A DNA stretch of 24,000 nt from Promethearchaeota archaeon (GTDB lineage: Archaea > Asgardarchaeota > Lokiarchaeia > Sigyniarchaeales > SOKP01): assembly GCA_048938005.1 (NCBI GenBank), contig JBHLMQ010000022.1, positions 1 through 24,000 of the forward strand. Reading direction: 5' to 3'. This document shows, piece after piece, positions 21,278 through 24,000 of this stretch. The notes below the pieces were generated by a model. That model saw only the letters and a program-made list of their open reading frames with translations, had not been told where the DNA came from and searched no databases. The position numbers and the translations under genes are program-made. Numbering within the stretch: position 1 is the stretch's first letter; the number at the start of each line of letters is the position of its first letter.

Positions 21278-22993
21278 ATGGAAATCGATGATGATTTGAA
21301 AAATAATACTAATGTAGCATATATTTCTATGGAGATAGCTGTTGATTCAAATATTCCTACATATAGTGGAGGTTTAGGTGTATTATCGGGTGACACAGTA
21401 CGGTCGGCTGCAGATTTAGAGATACCTATGGTTGGTATCTGTCTATGTTACAGCTCTGGGTACTTTTATCAGTTCTTCAACGAATATGGAGATCAAAAAG
21501 AAAAGGAAATTGCTTGGAACTTCTATTACGAGTTTGATAAAGTAGAAAAGCCAATTACCATGAAAATAGAAAACAAAGATGTTCTCGTTAGTGCGTGGTT
21601 ATATCGAGTAATAGGTCAATCAGGTCACGTGCTTCCGATTTACCTTTTAACTACTGACGTTGAGGGAAACGATGATTGGATAAGGCGTATGACTGGATCT
21701 TTATATGATTCTACATCAAGATGGAACAGAATTGTACAAGAAATGATCTTGGGGATTGGAGGAGTTAGGCTTTTGAAATCTTTAGGATACAATAATATCA
21801 AGACCTATCACCTTAATGAAGGGCACGGTTCTTTTTCTACTTTAGAATTATATAATGAATTAGGTAATATTGATAAGGTAAAAGAGAAAGTTGTTTTTAC
21901 AACTCACACACCGGTCCCAGCGGGTCATGATCGTTTCAAACAAGATTTAGTTGATAAGGTTTTTGAAAATAGGATGCCAAGGGAAATTAGAAAACTTGCT
22001 GATGATAAAGGTGAATTCAATATGACATTTTTAGGTATGGCTCTTTCTAGATATCGAAATGCTGTGGCACGAAAGCATGGAGATATATCAAGAAAAATGT
22101 TCCCTCAATATGAAATTGACTATATTACTAATGGAATACACTTGCCTTTTTGGGTTTCTAAACCATTCCGAAAAATGTTTGGTAGAAAGTGGCCAAATTG
22201 GAGATCAAATCCTTCTCTTCTTGAGAATGCAATTGAATTAGATGATCTAGATGTATTCGATGCACATATAGAGAATAAATTCAATCTAATAAATTATCAA
22301 AAAGGTCATAGTTGGAATTTACTTGATGAGGAACTGATTACTATTGGATTTGCACGACGTTTTGCGGCCTACAAAAGAGCAATCCTAATATTTCATGAAA
22401 TTGATAGATTAGGTAAAATCTGTAAGAACAATGTTCAATTTATTTTTGCAGGAAAAGCTCACCCAAAAGATCAAATGGGAAAGGATTATATTAAGAAGAT
22501 TCATGAATCTGGAGAATATTTATATGATAATTATGGAGTAAAAGTAGTAATGATGGAAAATTATAATATGGATCTCTCTCATATGCTTATATCTGGAGTG
22601 GATGTCTGGCTTAACACACCGAATAGATATCGAGAAGCTAGTGGTACAAGTGGGATGAAAGCCGCTTTAAATGGTGTACCAAATCTGAGTGTTCAAGATG
22701 GATGGTGGCTAGAAGGCTATAAGAGGAATCCATTAGCAGGGTGGGCTATTGGTCCTGACGATTCTAATCCTGACGATCCTGGAGTTTCAAACAATTGGGA
22801 CATTGATTCTAACGCGATATACGAGATATTAGAAAACAAGATTATTCCAACTTATAGGGATCATGATGAATGGATTTTCAGACAAAAAAATGCTATTTCA
22901 TTAGCGGCCTTCTTCAACACTCATAGAATGTGCATGGATTATGCTGACCGTGCTTATAAATTGAAGAAACAAAGACCTTGGAAATATATTTAA
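21278..22993 (+). CDS. Alpha-glucan (glycogen/maltodextrin) phosphorylase, GT35, short archaeal type
   Basis: 571 aa. N-terminal 'VAYISMEIAVDSNIPTYSGGLGVLSGDTVRSAADLEIPMVGICLCY', 'HLNEGH', 'FTTHTPVPAGHD', 'FAGKAHPKD' and the PLP-lysine region 'EASGTSGMKAALNGVPNLSVQDGWW'. Confidence 0.88.
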   Translation: MEIDDDLKNNTNVAYISMEIAVDSNIPTYSGGLGVLSGDTVRSAADLEIPMVGICLCYSSGYFYQFFNEYGDQKEKEIAWNFYYEFDKVEKPITMKIENKDVLVSAWLYRVIGQSGHVLPIYLLTTDVEGNDDWIRRMTGSLYDSTSRWNRIVQEMILGIGGVRLLKSLGYNNIKTYHLNEGHGSFSTLELYNELGNIDKVKEKVVFTTHTPVPAGHDRFKQDLVDKVFENRMPREIRKLADDKGEFNMTFLGMALSRYRNAVARKHGDISRKMFPQYEIDYITNGIHLPFWVSKPFRKMFGRKWPNWRSNPSLLENAIELDDLDVFDAHIENKFNLINYQKGHSWNLLDEELITIGFARRFAAYKRAILIFHEIDRLGKICKNNVQFIFAGKAHPKDQMGKDYIKKIHESGEYLYDNYGVKVVMMENYNMDLSHMLISGVDVWLNTPNRYREASGTSGMKAALNGVPNLSVQDGWWLEGYKRNPLAGWAIGPDDSNPDDPGVSNNWDIDSNAIYEILENKIIPTYRDHDEWIFRQKNAISLAAFFNTHRMCMDYADRAYKLKKQRPWKYI

Positions 22994-23061
22994 TAATTTT
23001 TTTTAATTACATTTTCTAAAGTCAGATTAAATTCTTTTTTTAAATTTAATTGTTATGTTTT

Positions 23062-23982
23062 TTAATTTATCTTCTTAAAGGATTTTCTTAATTTTTCTAC
23101 GATCCCATTTACAGACTCATCTTGTTCTGTAAGACGTAGATATACATCCTCTAAACTCGCACCAAATCTATTTGTTTGCTGGCGGAGTTCTTCTAGAGTT
23201 CCAATTCCAACAATCTTTCCCTTATTAATGATCCCTATACGATCGCATAAATCCTGCGCTACTTCCAAGATATGCGTAGAAAAGAGAATTGAACCGCCTC
23301 TTTGCGTATGTAACTTCAATATTGTTTTTACGACCTTTACAGATTTAACATCAAGTCCGGCAAGTGGTTCATCTAATATGAGTAAATCTGGTTTATGGAG
23401 TATGGCCGCAATAATTTGTAATTTTTGTTTATTACCATGAGATAAGCCATCAATTAGTTGTTCATAGATTTCTGTAGCTTCTAAGCTCTCTAAATAATCT
23501 TTTGCCACTTTAGTTGTCTCAATTTCATCTAATTCCCTAATTGATGCTACAAAGTTAAATAACTCTTTAGGGGTTAATGCTTTAAAGATAAAAGGCTCTT
23601 CTGATACATATCCTATGCGCTTTTTAATTCGAATTTCGTCAATTTCAGGATTTAAACCGAAAAGACTTATTTTTCCTTCCTCTGGCTCGAGGATCCTTAG
23701 AAGAAGTTTTATGGTTGTTGTCTTTCCTGCACCATTAGGTCCTAAAAGGCCAAAAATTTCTCCCTGATGAACATTAAATGAGATACCATTTAAAGCTTTA
23801 ACATTTCCAAAGAATTTTTTTAAATCTTCAACGGTTATTACTCTTTTTGTTAAAACAGCTTCTTTTTCTTTAATTTCTTGCTTAATTTTTTTAGATTTAA
23901 TCTTTAATGGATAAAGTTCTGTTGATTGGTCCGTAGCTATTATATCCTTTTCTCTAGATTTTTTTTTCTTTCCAATTAGCAT
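23062..23982 (-). CDS. ABC transporter ATP-binding protein
   Basis: 306 aa. Walker A 'GLLGPNGAGKTT', Q-loop, ABC signature 'LSHGNKQKL', Walker B 'LLILDEPLAGLD' and H-loop 'STHILE'. It has a Lys-rich N-terminal extension of ~45 aa. Any permease partner would lie beyond the right window edge. Confidence 0.88.
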   Translation of the reverse strand: MLIGKKKKSREKDIIATDQSTELYPLKIKSKKIKQEIKEKEAVLTKRVITVEDLKKFFGNVKALNGISFNVHQGEIFGLLGPNGAGKTTTIKLLLRILEPEEGKISLFGLNPEIDEIRIKKRIGYVSEEPFIFKALTPKELFNFVASIRELDEIETTKVAKDYLESLEATEIYEQLIDGLSHGNKQKLQIIAAILHKPDLLILDEPLAGLDVKSVKVVKTILKLHTQRGGSILFSTHILEVAQDLCDRIGIINKGKIVGIGTLEELRQQTNRFGASLEDVYLRLTEQDESVNGIVEKLRKSFKKIN

Positions 23983-24000
23983 TTCAGTTAGAATTATTAT

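Noticed and set aside
1-24000. Search for CRISPR arrays, tandem repeats, rRNA, C/D-box sRNAs (RUGAUGA...CUGA) and IS elements across all intergenic regions.
   Set aside because: I found no regularly spaced direct repeats, no C-box/D-box pair with proper spacing in any spacer or in the tRNA introns, and no transposase-like ORF. Intergenic regions are short (mostly under 280 bp) and look like plain promoter or terminator DNA.

Overview
This is a strongly AT-rich, gene-dense archaeal chromosomal segment. I support 25 protein-coding genes (one truncated at the left edge) and one tRNA. I saw no rRNA, CRISPR array, transposase, integrase or other mobile element.

The centrepiece, at about 3.5-7.3 kb, is a compact eukaryote-type ESCRT module. 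An ESCRT-III gene (Vps2/24/46, CHMP1-3-like, with a C-terminal MIM1-like helix) is divergent from a Vps4 (MIT + AAA+) and Vps25-like operon, which converges on a Vps22/EAP30-like gene. ESCRT-II homologues, no CdvA in the window and very low GC together point to an Asgard (Loki-type) archaeon. ESCRT clusters in Asgard archaea are already published, so the module itself is not new.

The less-explained items are:
- A coiled-coil N-terminal extension of about 130 aa on the Vps25-like protein.
- Two nearby proteins that share a longin/roadblock-like domain. One is anchored by a polytopic membrane domain. The other combines a Cys4 N-terminus, a winged helix and a C-terminal TPR/MIT-like helical repeat.
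- A three-gene operon (basic protein, multi-winged-helix protein, membrane-longin protein) preceded by a 19-bp perfect palindrome.
- An HD-domain gene translationally coupled to a 92-aa orphan through a stop codon that overlaps a perfect Shine-Dalgarno sequence.
- A tRNA-Gly(GCC) gene that appears to carry two introns, one near 37/38 and one in the T-loop.

The rest is housekeeping: PfkB kinase, NIP7-like PUA protein, NOL1/NOP2/Sun m5C RNA methyltransferase, CYTH protein, sugar-1-P nucleotidyltransferase, acyl-CoA synthetase, MBL-fold hydrolase, alpha-glucan phosphorylase and an ABC ATPase.

All identifications rest on motif recognition and remembered alignments to eukaryotic or archaeal family members. 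No database search was possible. CDS coordinates include the stop codon.
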